Under the pieces are notes generated by a model, which saw only the letters and a list, made by a program, of their open reading frames with translations, did no database searches and had not been told where the DNA came from. From an uncultured Verrucomicrobiae bacterium (GTDB lineage Bacteria > Verrucomicrobiota > Verrucomicrobiia > Chthoniobacterales > JAFAMB01), in contig CAWAIK010000003.1 in NCBI GenBank assembly GCA_963782115.1, positions 160,001 to 224,000 on the forward strand: a stretch of 64,000 nucleotides of DNA. Reading direction: 5' to 3'. Position numbers and translations under genes: made by a program. Below, one piece after another: positions 18,653 through 29,201 of the stretch; position 1 is the stretch's first letter; each line of letters begins with the position of its first letter.

Positions 18653-20023
18653 CTATACCAACACCAGCAATGCCAGCCCAAATACGATGGTACCGACGAA
18701 AAAGCTCATGACCGTGAATCCCATCACGCGGCGCAGGCTGATCCCTGCGATCGCTAAGACAGGCAATGCCCAGAAGGGCTGGATCATGTTGGTGACTTGC
18801 TCGCCCATGGCGACCGCCATCGCAGTCGCGGCCTGCGACGTTTGAAGCTGAGCAGCCGCCGGGACCGCAAATGGGCCTTGCACCGCCCAATGGCCGCCTC
18901 CACTCGGAATAAACAGACTGATAATCATCGAAGCAATGAAGTTCCAGAACGGTAAGGTGTGAACGTTCGCAAATGCCACGAAAGCTTTGGAGATGACGTC
19001 AGCCAGACCAGTCACCGTCATGATACCCATGATGCCTCCGTAGAGCGGATACTGAAGGATTAACGGTCCGGTAACACGTGCCGCATTGTTGATCGCTTCG
19101 ACGTAAGCAATTGGTGTCCAGTGAAATAGCAGACCGGCGATAAAGAACAGAAAAATAACGGAGTCGATGTCGAGAACGAATCCCGATTTCGCCCAGGTCA
19201 CACCAAGCGCCGCGACGCCGGCAATAACAATTATCAGATTTAGTACCCAGGCTCTTTCGAGGCGGCGTGCCAGAGTCGGCGACTCGACGGCCTTGACGGC
19301 CCGTGCCTGATCTTCCGCGATCAGCCGTGCAGAATCAGCCGGTAGCGTATCCGCTTCCGCAGGCTGGATCGCACAGTACAAAATGGGAATGAGAACCAGT
19401 AACACCAGGACCGGTACAAGGTTAAACGGCGCAAAAACCGTCTCATTCAAAGTCAACACTTTCCCAGTCATCTTCTGGACAACGTTGAGCGCTGAACCTG
19501 GAGTTGCCTGAGCTAACGCTATCGAACTCGACAGACCGCTGGCCCAGATAATCCATCCGGAGTAAGCGGCTGCGGCGAGCCAGCCAAAATCTATCCTGAT
19601 TCTCTTGGCAATTTCACGGGCTAACAGCCCGGCCACCACAAGGCCACATCCCCAGTTCACAAAGGAAGTCACCATCACGGTTATGACCACCACTACGACT
19701 GCACGCTTCGGCGTCGTCGCAATCCCCGCCAAAACGTCCAGCAATCGCCGCACCTGCGGAGAATTCGACAGCGCGTATCCGGTTACCAGAACCAGCACCA
19801 TCTGGAATGCGAATGCCAAGATGTTGAACAGTCCATTATACCATCCGGTAAGAATCATGTCGGCCGACCCTTTCGGCGCAAATATCCCCGCCAACAGCGC
19901 GGTCAGTATCGTGAGCGCTACCGCGAAAACATACGGATCGGGCGTGATTCGTTCGAAAAGATAGAGAAAGAACGAAGTTATCGTCGAGAGGAGTGTGCGC
20001 GGTTTTGACTCCAATGAACTCAC
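18653..20023 (-). CDS. atoE: Short-chain fatty acid transporter (AtoE family)
   Basis: PDPYVFAVALT, FAFQMVLVLVTG, GLSSS, LQYPLYGGIMG, FIPSGGGHWAVQGP, NMIQPFWALP; start (GTG 20023) uncertain. Confidence 0.9.
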   Translation of the reverse strand: MSSLESKPRTLLSTITSFFLYLFERITPDPYVFAVALTILTALLAGIFAPKGSADMILTGWYNGLFNILAFAFQMVLVLVTGYALSNSPQVRRLLDVLAGIATTPKRAVVVVVITVMVTSFVNWGCGLVVAGLLAREIAKRIRIDFGWLAAAAYSGWIIWASGLSSSIALAQATPGSALNVVQKMTGKVLTLNETVFAPFNLVPVLVLLVLIPILYCAIQPAEADTLPADSARLIAEDQARAVKAVESPTLARRLERAWVLNLIIVIAGVAALGVTWAKSGFVLDIDSVIFLFFIAGLLFHWTPIAYVEAINNAARVTGPLILQYPLYGGIMGIMTVTGLADVISKAFVAFANVHTLPFWNFIASMIISLFIPSGGGHWAVQGPFAVPAAAQLQTSQAATAMAVAMGEQVTNMIQPFWALPVLAIAGISLRRVMGFTVMSFFVGTIVFGLALLVLV

Positions 20024-20096
20024 TGGTGTCTTGTATAATGTTTTCTGTTTTTGATAGCCAGGCTTAAAGCGAGCTGCTAAACGTTGCAGCTCTGCC

Positions 20097-20393
20097 ATGG
20101 AGAATGGGCGTTGGTATCCGACCGCGATCACCCTTGAAGATGGAAGTGTACTGGTTTGCTCTGGCCGGTACGCTACCCCTAGTCCGCTATCGCCTCCTCC
20201 TCCGCCGCCGCTGCCCAACACACCTACCAACAACACACCCGAGATCTGGATTGACGGACAGCCAGGATGGACTCGGTTGAGCGATTTCCGCGTCGCCACC
20301 GGGGCGGACTTGACGTTGTTTCCCCGTCTTCATCTGGCACCGGACGGCCGGGTCTTCATGTCAGGCACCAGCGCAGCGAGTTTCTTCTTCGAT
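20097..20393 (+). pseudogene. Galactose/glyoxal oxidase-like Kelch fragment
   Basis: MENGRWYPTAITLEDGSVLVCSG...PEIW...LFPRLHLAPDGRVFMSG; only about 100 aa of a normally much longer protein. Confidence 0.7.
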
Positions 20394-20699
20394 AGGGATA
20401 ATCACCACGTTCATATTTTCCGTGGTAAAATAGATAGATTCTCCTGGCGAGATTATGCGATGACGCGGGCAAACCGGCACGACAGAGAGATTCGCGCCAC
20501 GGCTTCACCGCCGTCGGCGCTCATTTATCCAACAATGAGCATCCGGCGACGGCATTAACTGATACCTTTGGTCTTTCGGATGGATCAGCGCTTTCTTTAA
20601 TGGAATCGTATTGCCACCGGAGTTCAGTCTGCTGACATGAGGATTCCAGCGGTTTTTGCTAAGAGGCCTTCTTCAGTTCTTTCGCATCTCTTGAGCCAT

Positions 20700-21080
20700 T
20701 CAACGTGATTTTGCTGAAAGCTCTCTGGCCACTTCGATTCCGCGAGAAGTCAAGCTAATCGAATCCGAGATAAGTCCTCGTTCTTTTAGTCGTCTCAGTG
20801 AGCGGCTTAGCGACGTTCGAGCGGCATTTGCTTTTTCCGGTCCCACCGCCGCTTTGTCCATAACGAGCCATTTATGCCCGTAGTCGTTCCTTTGCGTTCG
20901 AAGCGGAATCTTAAAGTAGTCTCGTAAAACGTAGATTCTCAAAAGGTGAACGGGCGGTAAATAACTGATACGGCGATATTTCTTAGGCTCGTCCGACCCT
21001 GCTTCAATGATTTCGCCGTAAGCTTCGATCAGAATCCAGCGCTGCAGCGGGGAAAGCTTTTCTTCAGGGATCCAGAGCAT
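20700..21080 (-). CDS. Small basic hypothetical protein, possible winged HTH
   Basis: 126-aa ORF ending AARTSLSRSLRRLKERGLI...LTSRGIEVA. Confidence 0.6.
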   Translation of the reverse strand: MLWIPEEKLSPLQRWILIEAYGEIIEAGSDEPKKYRRISYLPPVHLLRIYVLRDYFKIPLRTQRNDYGHKWLVMDKAAVGPEKANAARTSLSRSLRRLKERGLISDSISLTSRGIEVARELSAKSR

Positions 21081-21367
21081 AATAAAGGAACGTTACACCA
21101 TTTGCCGTGCCAATTTTTTAGTTGAATCCGATATTCTCATTGCATCAATTTCCAGCCATCACACGGACCGAACTCGTCGCCGCTCGCAGTTTGGCGATTT
21201 TCTCAACCTAATCGCGTAACAGCCCCGTCAGCAATACTACTCTCGGATTAGTTGAAACTGACGCCAATACCCCTTACGGAAGTCGCGGCGTGGGGAAAAG
21301 CAGTCGCTGAGGTCTACGAGAACGAGCTTGTTTCGTTGAATCTATTCTAGGAGGGCGGTCACTGGAG

Positions 21368-21665
21368 CTACGGACGGAGCCAGGCAAACGCGTCGGCCTG
21401 CATGGCGACGTCAAACTTGTGCGGGCCATCATAGAATTTTCCCACGTAACCGTTCGGCCCGCCCAATTTGGTCATAGTGAAGGGCGATGCGCTGATGAGC
21501 GGCTTGCATGCCTTGGATGGGAAACAGACGATCGTGGCGATCGTATTGCACGAGCAGGGGCGACGGTGCTCGACTTGCCGCAAGGTCAGGCCAGTCCGAC
21601 CGCGCCAGACCGGGCGGAAAGAACATCCAAGTGTGGCACTCCACCTGATGGTCCAACAGATCCGA
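21368..21665 (-). pseudogene. Alpha/beta hydrolase (dienelactone hydrolase-like) C-terminal remnant
   Basis: HTWMFFPPGLAR.DWPDLAASRAPSPLLVQYDRHDRLFP /frameshift/ YVGKFYDGPHKFDVAMQADAFAWL*. Confidence 0.6.
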
Positions 21666-21788
21666 TTTCATAACGCTCAGCCTGAGTTGGTTTCAAAGCG
21701 GTTTTTCGCGATCTCTGCCAATTTGCCCAGATGAGCAAGGTCCGTAGACATGGGTTACTCGTAATCGACGGTGCATGGATTGCCATCC

Positions 21789-21826
21789 AGAACCATCCTG
21801 AACAGGTTCTTTACTTCGCGCCGTAC
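21789..21826 (-). mobile_element. Solo IS4-like end related to the 12417-12916 element
   Basis: AGAACCATCC...CTTTACTTCGCGCCGTAC versus AGAACCATCC...CTTATCTTCGCGCCATTC. Confidence 0.55.
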
Positions 21827-21871
21827 TGCTACTCGAAAGTTCGAAACGGGCTCCGGCTCGTGCGTAGCCCT

Positions 21872-23267
21872 CTACAATCCATCGTTTATGAAAGGCGGCA
21901 CGTGGCGTCCGTGCGTGTCGATCCTGGCAGGCGGCGGCGCGTGCGGTTGGACATGTTTCGGAATAGCCGCCTCGATGAAGACATTCGCCTGAAGGTTAGG
22001 CGTGTCGGCATTTCGCTCCATAATATCTGCAAGCGTCGTGTTTGAGATCATGGAGGCGGTTTGCCGATCAAATCCTTCATTCATCCAGAAGAAGCGATCT
22101 CCCGCCCTTAGAGCTTGAAACTGGTCTGCGATAATCGCTTGGAAAGTAGGGCCTACGATAGCTCCGGAAGCATGATTCTCCGCCAAACCGCCTATGAACA
22201 AGTCGACATTGTCGATGGAGCCGTAGACTGCCTGAAGGTTTCCCTGCAGAACAGGGTCCCTGGTCAATTGCGCGAACGAATTGTATCGCTTCAACCCGAG
22301 CGCCCGCCGCGTCTCGTTCAGCGTGCCCAGGCCCACATCCCTCTCACGCTGTATATCGATCGCGATGAGATCGATTTCATCCACATCGCCGCCGACCAGG
22401 GTCGCAAAGAGCAAGTTCCGAAGCGCCGCCACCACGTAAACGTCGGTCGCTTGAGCGAAATCCACACCGAGAGAGCGCAGGAGCGGGTTGATGCCGTTGG
22501 CCTCATCGATTTCGGGCGTATTGAAGAATGCCTGCGCCAAGGACTCCGTGAAGACTACGTTTCCCTCGTTATCCAGCCCCTCTTGCGTGTCCGATACCTC
22601 CGAATGGCCCATACGAAAAGCGGCGGTGGAAAACTCCTGCGTCACCTGGGCGTTTATAGTCGGGTCATAACCACGGTATGCTCCCAACACCGGCCCGATC
22701 AGAAGAGGCAGATACTCCGTATAAACGATGTTTTGATATTCCGCCGTGGTGATCGCTTTCGCCATATTGTAAAGCTGGTCGCCTGTCCAGTCGGGATGTT
22801 GAGCTTTGAGGGCGCCAACCCAGAAGTTGTGCTCGCGCATAAACAGGATCGTCAGTGCGGTCAGCTCCGGGTTCTCCATCACCCGTGGATCGCCGGTAAC
22901 GAACGAGTCATTTACCACCGGGAGCGCCTGGCCATTGTCGGAGGTGATCAATGTTCCGTCGGCGTTGCGCAGGCTGGCGGCAATCGCGAGTCCTGGCGTT
23001 CGGGCCGTCCACTAATCCGTCATTCGTTCCTGGAGCGAAATTAAGCGGGGCTAAGGCAATTTCGGGAGTGTTAGGTAGGACATCCAGATCCGGATTTCTG
23101 AGGTTGTTGCCGGAACCGCCGATCGGGCGAAACTGTCCCAGGAGGCTTATTTGAGGACCACCCCCTGGTGGGCTACTTCCCTCCGGAAGATCGGCCGCTC
23201 TTGCCGCTCCCATCGCAAAAAATAACAAACATGTCAAGGTTTTCGGAATGAGTTTGGAAGTCATCAT
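21872..23267 (-). pseudogene. Secreted animal-type heme peroxidase with internal deletion/frameshift
   Basis: Signal peptide + FRPIGGSGNNL...PNAR in one frame; GDPRVMENPEL..FMREHN, AAFRMGHS, IDIQRERDVG, VDLFIGGLAE, LRAGDRFFW in another; the distal GQFxDHD segment is absent. Confidence 0.85.
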
Positions 23268-23688
23268 CAAAGGCTTTTTGAGTTTCGCAAAGGAAGAGTA
23301 CTCGACAGTTCTGTGCGGTATCTCCTGCGTTTGTTGAAATCGCAAAACAAGCTTATTTTTGCGCATGGGTTTCCATTTTAGATAGAATCAGGACATACTG
23401 CAAGCAATTCTGAAAACAAAATACAAAAAACGGTCAGAATTTTTTCAGAGATACTGTGACTTGCTGCCAGCCTTCTCACTCGAACAGACTTGGTGGCCAT
23501 TACCATTCGCGCGCGCTACTCGGCCATGACAGCGTCCTCAGCAACCATCTCCGCCAGTGCGGGAATACTTGTGTCTCATCCAGGAGATATCGGTCTGGGT
23601 CAGCATCCGGCACTTCAAATAGCGCGTTAAGTCGACGCGAATAAAATGTTCTTTCAACCGGGCGTGTTATGCTAGCGAAACGAGCAAT

Positions 23689-24369
23689 ATGCGATGCCTT
23701 GTAATCGAGGATGAAGCGGATACTGCCCGATACATCTCCAATGGGCTCAAAGAGGCAGGCTTTACGGTGAGGTGGTGCCGCGACGGCCTCGATGGTCTTC
23801 ACCTTGCCGCCGGCGAGCGTTGGGATATTGTCATTTTGGACCGAATGCTACCGGGCGAGGTCGACGGTTTATCGATTGTCCAAACTATTCGGGACCTTCG
23901 TAAGACGACGCCTATCCTGGTCCTTAGCGCATTGACCAGTTTAGATGAGCGCGTCCGAGGGCTCCGCAGCGGTGGCGATGATTACCTGACCAAGCCCTTT
24001 GCGTTCTCCGAGCTTCTCGCGCGGGTCCAAGCGCTACTGCGCCGATCTGGTATGCGAGAAGACGTGTCGGAACTGTGGATTGCCGACCTGAAACTTGACC
24101 TGGGGAAGCGCAGGGTAGAGCGAGCCACCAAGCCGATCGCCCTCCAACCCCGCGAGTTCCGGCTTCTCGAATACCTGCTCCGTCACCAAGGAGAGGTGGT
24201 TACGCGTACCATGCTCCTTGAGACGGTCTGGGACTATCATTTTGATCCGCAGACCAACGTCATCGATGTCCAGATCAGCCGACTCCGGCAAAAGATAGAC
24301 AAAGACTTTTCTCCCCCGCTGCTCCATACGGTGCGCGGGGTCGGGTACATGATCTGCGTCAATGAATAA
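23689..24369 (+). CDS. OmpR/CusR-family response regulator
   Basis: REC (ILDRMLP, GGDDYLTKPF) plus wHTH (VWDYHFDPQTNVIDVQISRLRQKID...HTVRGVGY). Confidence 0.95.
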   Translation: MRCLVIEDEADTARYISNGLKEAGFTVRWCRDGLDGLHLAAGERWDIVILDRMLPGEVDGLSIVQTIRDLRKTTPILVLSALTSLDERVRGLRSGGDDYLTKPFAFSELLARVQALLRRSGMREDVSELWIADLKLDLGKRRVERATKPIALQPREFRLLEYLLRHQGEVVTRTMLLETVWDYHFDPQTNVIDVQISRLRQKIDKDFSPPLLHTVRGVGYMICVNE

Positions 24370-25780
24370 ACTTTTAAATACCGTTACTTTTCGCTTGGCA
24401 ATGGGCTACGGCGCGCTGGTGTTGGGCGCGGTAGCGGTAATTTCGGCGGTTTTATATTTTGGGACTGTCGGCGTTCTGGTCCCTGGGATTGACACGAAAC
24501 TCTTTGCCATCTCCGAGCGGCTTACCACCCACTTCGAAACTCGCGGGATCGCGGCACTTGAGCAGGAGATACAGCAGCTCCTGACGGACGGCATAGACCA
24601 GGATACGGAGGTCTATCTCCTTGTCGGACCGGACGGAAAAAAGCTTGCCGGCAATCTTTCCGGATGGCCCAGCAGTAAGATGCCACTGGATCGTCTGACG
24701 GATCAGATGGTAACCCGTTACGGTCGTGCGTCGAGCAGTCGGGTCCTGCCGCACGAATTGCCGAACGGCGCCACCCTGCTCGTTGGCCGCGATATGGAGG
24801 ATGTCCATGAGATCGCGCAACTCGTGTTGCGCGCTCTCATTGTCGGAGGCGCTATTGCCGTGCTGCTGGCAATCGGAGGTGCCGTCTTCTTCCGCCAGCA
24901 ACTCGAGCATCGGGTGGCTGCGATCCGCCGAACGGTTTTGGAGATCGAAGCAGGAGACTTGAGCCGCCGCATCCCGGTCTCGGACGCGGAGGACGAATTC
25001 ACTCGGCTGAATCGCGACATCAATCACATGCTTGACCGAATTCAACACTTGATGGATGGCGTACGTGAGGTTTCTAACTCGGTTGCCCACGATCTTCGAA
25101 CGCCGTTGGGCCGCATCCGAAGCCTACTTGATGAGGCACTTCGACCCGGGACCACGATTGAGACGGTCACTAAAACAGCGGGCGCTGCTATTCGAGAGAT
25201 TGATGAGTTAACCATTGTTTTCGACAAGTTGCTGCAGATCGCGGAGGCAGAGTCAGGCACCCGGCGCCAATCCTTCCAGCCAATTTCGCTCAGGGAAATT
25301 GTCACTGGAGTGGTCGAGCTTTACGATGCCGCCGCAGAGGCAAAGGGCATTGAGCTGGTCGTCGATATCGATGGCGAACCAACCGCGCTCGGTGACAAAG
25401 ATCTTTTGGCCAGCGCGACCGCGAACCTGATCGACAACGCGCTCAAGTACGCCGGCAACTCGGCAACGGTGCAGGTTCGAGCGACCCAAGGACGAAACAC
25501 CGTGGCAATAGTCGTTCAGGACAACGGCCAGGGCATCCCGGCCGAGGAACGAGCAAAGGTGGTTACGCGTTTCTACCGTCTTGATCGGAGCCGGAGCCTC
25601 CCGGGTAACGGCCTCGGCCTGCCCATCGTGGCGGCCATCAGCTATTTGCATTCCGGGAGGCTCTCCTTGGAGGACGTCGGCCCAGGCCTTAGCGCGCGCA
25701 TCGTCTTGCCGCGAGTGAATCCTCTAACCTTGCCAAACGGTAATGTATTGCAAACGGTCAGGATAGCTACAGCCGAGTAG
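24362..25780 (+). CDS. Sensor histidine kinase (2 TM, HAMP)
   Basis: SVAHDLRTPL, NLIDNALKY, DNGQGI, GNGLGL. Confidence 0.93.
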   Translation: MNKLLNTVTFRLAMGYGALVLGAVAVISAVLYFGTVGVLVPGIDTKLFAISERLTTHFETRGIAALEQEIQQLLTDGIDQDTEVYLLVGPDGKKLAGNLSGWPSSKMPLDRLTDQMVTRYGRASSSRVLPHELPNGATLLVGRDMEDVHEIAQLVLRALIVGGAIAVLLAIGGAVFFRQQLEHRVAAIRRTVLEIEAGDLSRRIPVSDAEDEFTRLNRDINHMLDRIQHLMDGVREVSNSVAHDLRTPLGRIRSLLDEALRPGTTIETVTKTAGAAIREIDELTIVFDKLLQIAEAESGTRRQSFQPISLREIVTGVVELYDAAAEAKGIELVVDIDGEPTALGDKDLLASATANLIDNALKYAGNSATVQVRATQGRNTVAIVVQDNGQGIPAEERAKVVTRFYRLDRSRSLPGNGLGLPIVAAISYLHSGRLSLEDVGPGLSARIVLPRVNPLTLPNGNVLQTVRIATAE

Positions 25781-25828
25781 AATTACGCCCGCTCGCTTGA
25801 CAGTGAGCCGAACAAGAAGAGCGGGACC

Positions 25829-26038
25829 ATGCAAGAATTCCGACAATCACCTTTCGCCCGCATACTGGCGGGCTGGACACAGTTGCTCAGTGTTGTTGCC
25901 GGAATGGCAGTATTCCCGGCGAGCCGCCAAACCCTTTGGCCAGTGATTTTGGGCATGCCCTTAAGCTTCGCAGCGCTTTCTCTGCTGATGCTTCCGGGCG
26001 CAAACTCGAACCTCCTCAAGGAGTCAATCTTACGATAA
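25829..26038 (+). CDS. Small hypothetical membrane protein
   Basis: 69 aa with two hydrophobic stretches, co-oriented with the operon. Confidence 0.4.
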   Translation: MQEFRQSPFARILAGWTQLLSVVAGMAVFPASRQTLWPVILGMPLSFAALSLLMLPGANSNLLKESILR

Positions 26039-26080
26039 ACCCAAATTAAGCTACTAAACCACTAGGAGCCTAGACGCCTT

Positions 26081-26464
26081 GTGAGGACTCGCAATCTGCT
26101 GATCCCTCTGGTCATCATCAACCTCGTATGCCCTGCGCCGCCGACTCTGGCGCTTTCGATAAGGGGTCGTCACGTTACAGGCATCATTCAGAAAGTCGAT
26201 GCCCAAGCACGAGAAGCTGAGCTCTTGCCACCCGGTAAGGCAAAGCCACTCAGGTTTACCTGGGACCGCCAGACGCAATTCGTACCGGGTCTACAGTTTG
26301 TTGACGCCGCGATGCTCAGGCCTGGAGCCCTGGTCGAAATTATTTGCTACCATCCATTCTTCGGTGACACCTACGTCACGAAAGTGACGCTCTTATCGCG
26401 GTCATTACACCAAACAGAAAGGACACACGCTTGCGCTCTCCCGACGGCGGCTCCGACGTTCTAG
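26081..26464 (+). CDS. Exported hypothetical protein, probable small beta-barrel/OB-fold
   Basis: AGGAG ribosome site upstream; signal-peptide-like N-terminus; VTGIIQKVD...LRPGALVEI pattern. Confidence 0.6.
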   Translation: MRTRNLLIPLVIINLVCPAPPTLALSIRGRHVTGIIQKVDAQAREAELLPPGKAKPLRFTWDRQTQFVPGLQFVDAAMLRPGALVEIICYHPFFGDTYVTKVTLLSRSLHQTERTHACALPTAAPTF

Positions 26465-26563
26465 CTCCCTCCGATTCGGCTCGCTCTACTTTCGCATGGT
26501 AGGCCGATCTATTACGAGGGCTCTCTCGGTGTTGAACTCCGGGGAAAGGTGCACCACTGATCG

Positions 26564-27886
26564 ATGCCATACCAATCTGAAAGCCTTACAAGCATGATTC
26601 GCTCTCTTCCATTGTTCGTATCCTGCTGGTTAGCCTTAGCTGTTAGTTGCTCGGCTAGAGATAAGCGCCCTGGTTCCGATTCTGGCACCTCCAGAAAAAT
26701 AACGCTGAGGGGATTCCTGAGCAAAGTTGCCACCGCCAATCTAGACTACGCTGCCCAACGTTACAATGTTTCCATTGCCAAAGCCCAGATCGCTGCCGCG
26801 AATGTTTCACCCAATCCAACGGTCAGCTTTGCCTACACAACTGCTGACCAGAGTCAGCCATCGATCTACAGCGGAGGGGTCAGCCAAACTATCGAAATGG
26901 GCGGAAAGCGCAGCCGTCGAGTTGCCGTCGCGGAAGGTAGTTATTTGACTGCCGCCGCAACACTGGATGACTTCTTTCGGACGCTGCGCGGAACCGCGTC
27001 CAGTGCTTTTATTGACGCCGTAGCCGACCGTATGATCGTCGCCCAGAAGAGGAACTCTTATGACGCACTGGATAAGCTCGCGACCACCAACGAGAAGCGC
27101 TTCCGAGCGGGCGACATCGACGAGGTGGACGCGAACCAGGCCCGTGTCGATGCTTTACAGGCTCTCGATGACCTTCATTCCTCGGAATCCGATGCGGCGA
27201 CGGCGGCGGTGATGCTCGTACAACTGATGGGGACTTCAGGCGCGGCGATACCTACCCCGGTTAGTAAATTGGAGTACAGAGTGAAAGATTTCGACCAACA
27301 AAGTCTCCTGGCCCAGGCTTTGCAAAAGCGTCCCGACGTCGTGGCGGCTCGGCATGCTTTCGAGTCAGCGCAAGCCAGCGTCAAGCTCGCGCAAGCAAAC
27401 CGCTATCCAGACCTAACTGTTGGAGTGCAGTTCGCCCAAACGACCGCGACAACCAATCCGATCAATCCAAGTCCGACCTTTAATAGTACAAATCTCTCCG
27501 TTTCTATTCCATTGCCTCTTTTTAATTCCTACCGTGGAGAATACGAAGCCGCCGTTAGAATGGCCCTCCAATCCGAGACGACCCTTAAGTCAGTCACGTT
27601 AAAGGCCGAAGTGGACGTTCGAACAAATTTTAGACGCTATGAATTGGCCGAGACCAGACTCGCGCAGTATCGAGGTGCGGCACTTGAACTCGCTGACAAG
27701 GTCCTGGAAGCCAAGCTGATCAGTTACCGGAAAGGGGCCGCCACCCTGCTGGATGTTTTAGTTGCGCAAACAGAAGACAATACTGTCCACCTCGCGTATA
27801 TAGCCGCCCTCACGGAACGGGCCAAGGCTTTAGTGGCGTTAGAGCAAGCCGCGGCGATTTGGGACTTGGACGATGAACTGGAATAG
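26564..27886 (+). CDS. TolC/CzcC-family outer membrane factor
   Basis: PNPTVS, QTIEMGGKR, RPDV, YPDLTVG, SIPLPLFN, YRKGAATLLDVL; possible lipobox LAVSC. Confidence 0.9.
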   Translation: MPYQSESLTSMIRSLPLFVSCWLALAVSCSARDKRPGSDSGTSRKITLRGFLSKVATANLDYAAQRYNVSIAKAQIAAANVSPNPTVSFAYTTADQSQPSIYSGGVSQTIEMGGKRSRRVAVAEGSYLTAAATLDDFFRTLRGTASSAFIDAVADRMIVAQKRNSYDALDKLATTNEKRFRAGDIDEVDANQARVDALQALDDLHSSESDAATAAVMLVQLMGTSGAAIPTPVSKLEYRVKDFDQQSLLAQALQKRPDVVAARHAFESAQASVKLAQANRYPDLTVGVQFAQTTATTNPINPSPTFNSTNLSVSIPLPLFNSYRGEYEAAVRMALQSETTLKSVTLKAEVDVRTNFRRYELAETRLAQYRGAALELADKVLEAKLISYRKGAATLLDVLVAQTEDNTVHLAYIAALTERAKALVALEQAAAIWDLDDELE

Positions 27887-27947
27887 AGGCAGGGTTTTGT
27901 AAGTCATTTTTTCTCTGCCGACCAATCACGCAGAAGTCGTTAATACT

Positions 27948-29201
27948 ATGAAAACCAAGCCTCGTCTAACGCATACCAAGTCGACGCTTTCAAGATTAGG
28001 CGGCTTGCTTTGCCTGATTGTCCTTGATGGCTGCCAGAAGGCCAAGGAACCTGCGGCCAGGCCGATGGAGGCATCGACATTCGAACCACCGAAGGTCATG
28101 GACGGACGAGATCTTGAATTTCCGCCGAAAATACCTCAGCTCTCCAGTTTTAAAACCGCCGAGGCCAAACCGGTAAATAGTGTCGAAGACCACTTTACTG
28201 GACGCCTAACCTGGAACGAAGACTACGCGGTTCGTATCTATTCACCTGTTTCCGGACAAGTTGCAAAGATTGTCGCTGACGTCGGTCAAAAAGTGGCCCC
28301 TGGGGACGACTTGGCGTTGCTTCATTCTTCAGACTATGGCCAGGCACTTTCGGATTACCTCAAAGCAACGGCATCCCTGACTCAGGCGGAGAAGACTTAT
28401 CAGCGCGTTAAGGATCTGACCACGTACGGCGCCGCCGCAACGAAAGACGTGGAGCAGGCAAGAGCCGACTACGATAGCGCGGTGGCTGAAAAAGATCGGG
28501 CACTCGCAGCCCTCCAGAGGTATGGGACATCCACCGGTGATTTCAGCGATCTCTATCACTTGCGAAGTCCGATCGCCGGAAACGTCGTTGATAAAAAGAT
28601 AAATAATGGGCAAGAGGTTCGTCCCGATATGATCCTTGGCAGCACCAGCGATGTGATCACTCCGCTCTTCACCATTGCGGATCCAAGCCGCCTCTGGGTC
28701 CTGCTGGACGTGCCCGAAACCGATCTGAACGAACTGAAGGGCGGACAGGAAGTCGAGTTACGGACTCCAGCCTATCCTGGACGGATATTTCCAGGCAAGC
28801 TGGTGGCGGTAGGCGCCTCGCTCGATCCTCAGACCCGCGTTGTTCATGCTCGTGCAAACGTTGAGAATCCGGATGGGGCTCTCAAAGCCGAGATGTACGT
28901 CACGGTCAATGTGAAGTTACCGATAAGCGAAGGTCAGTCGGTCGAAGTTCCAGCGAGCGCCGTCATTTACGTGAATGAAAAATACTATGTGTTTGTGCCG
29001 GACAAGTCCGATCCGAATAAGTTTAGCAGACGCGAAATCACTGTTCTGCACGAACGCTCGGCGGGGGCAACGGTGGTGATCAAAGGAGTTCGATCCGGTG
29101 AACGAGTGGTAAGTGACGGTAGCTTGGAGATGAATAATTACCTCGGCGAGGGAGAAGGAGAGGAGTCGAAACCTGAGGCCGTCGCGACTCCGAGCTCATG
29201 A
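27948..29201 (+). CDS. CzcB-like RND periplasmic adaptor
   Basis: Lipoprotein-like signal (LDGC), SPVSGQV, LRSPIAG, LFTIADPSRLWV, LKAEMY. Confidence 0.9.
   Translation: MKTKPRLTHTKSTLSRLGGLLCLIVLDGCQKAKEPAARPMEASTFEPPKVMDGRDLEFPPKIPQLSSFKTAEAKPVNSVEDHFTGRLTWNEDYAVRIYSPVSGQVAKIVADVGQKVAPGDDLALLHSSDYGQALSDYLKATASLTQAEKTYQRVKDLTTYGAAATKDVEQARADYDSAVAEKDRALAALQRYGTSTGDFSDLYHLRSPIAGNVVDKKINNGQEVRPDMILGSTSDVITPLFTIADPSRLWVLLDVPETDLNELKGGQEVELRTPAYPGRIFPGKLVAVGASLDPQTRVVHARANVENPDGALKAEMYVTVNVKLPISEGQSVEVPASAVIYVNEKYYVFVPDKSDPNKFSRREITVLHERSAGATVVIKGVRSGERVVSDGSLEMNNYLGEGEGEESKPEAVATPSS

Noticed and set aside
20024..20299. Gly-rich N-terminal extension of AtoE in the ORF track
   Set aside because: It is the antisense of the Pro-rich galactose-oxidase fragment; AtoE similarity starts near 20000
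23456..23640. Short ORFs upstream of the response regulator
   Set aside because: No start context or recognisable motif; may be a gene relic but cannot be supported
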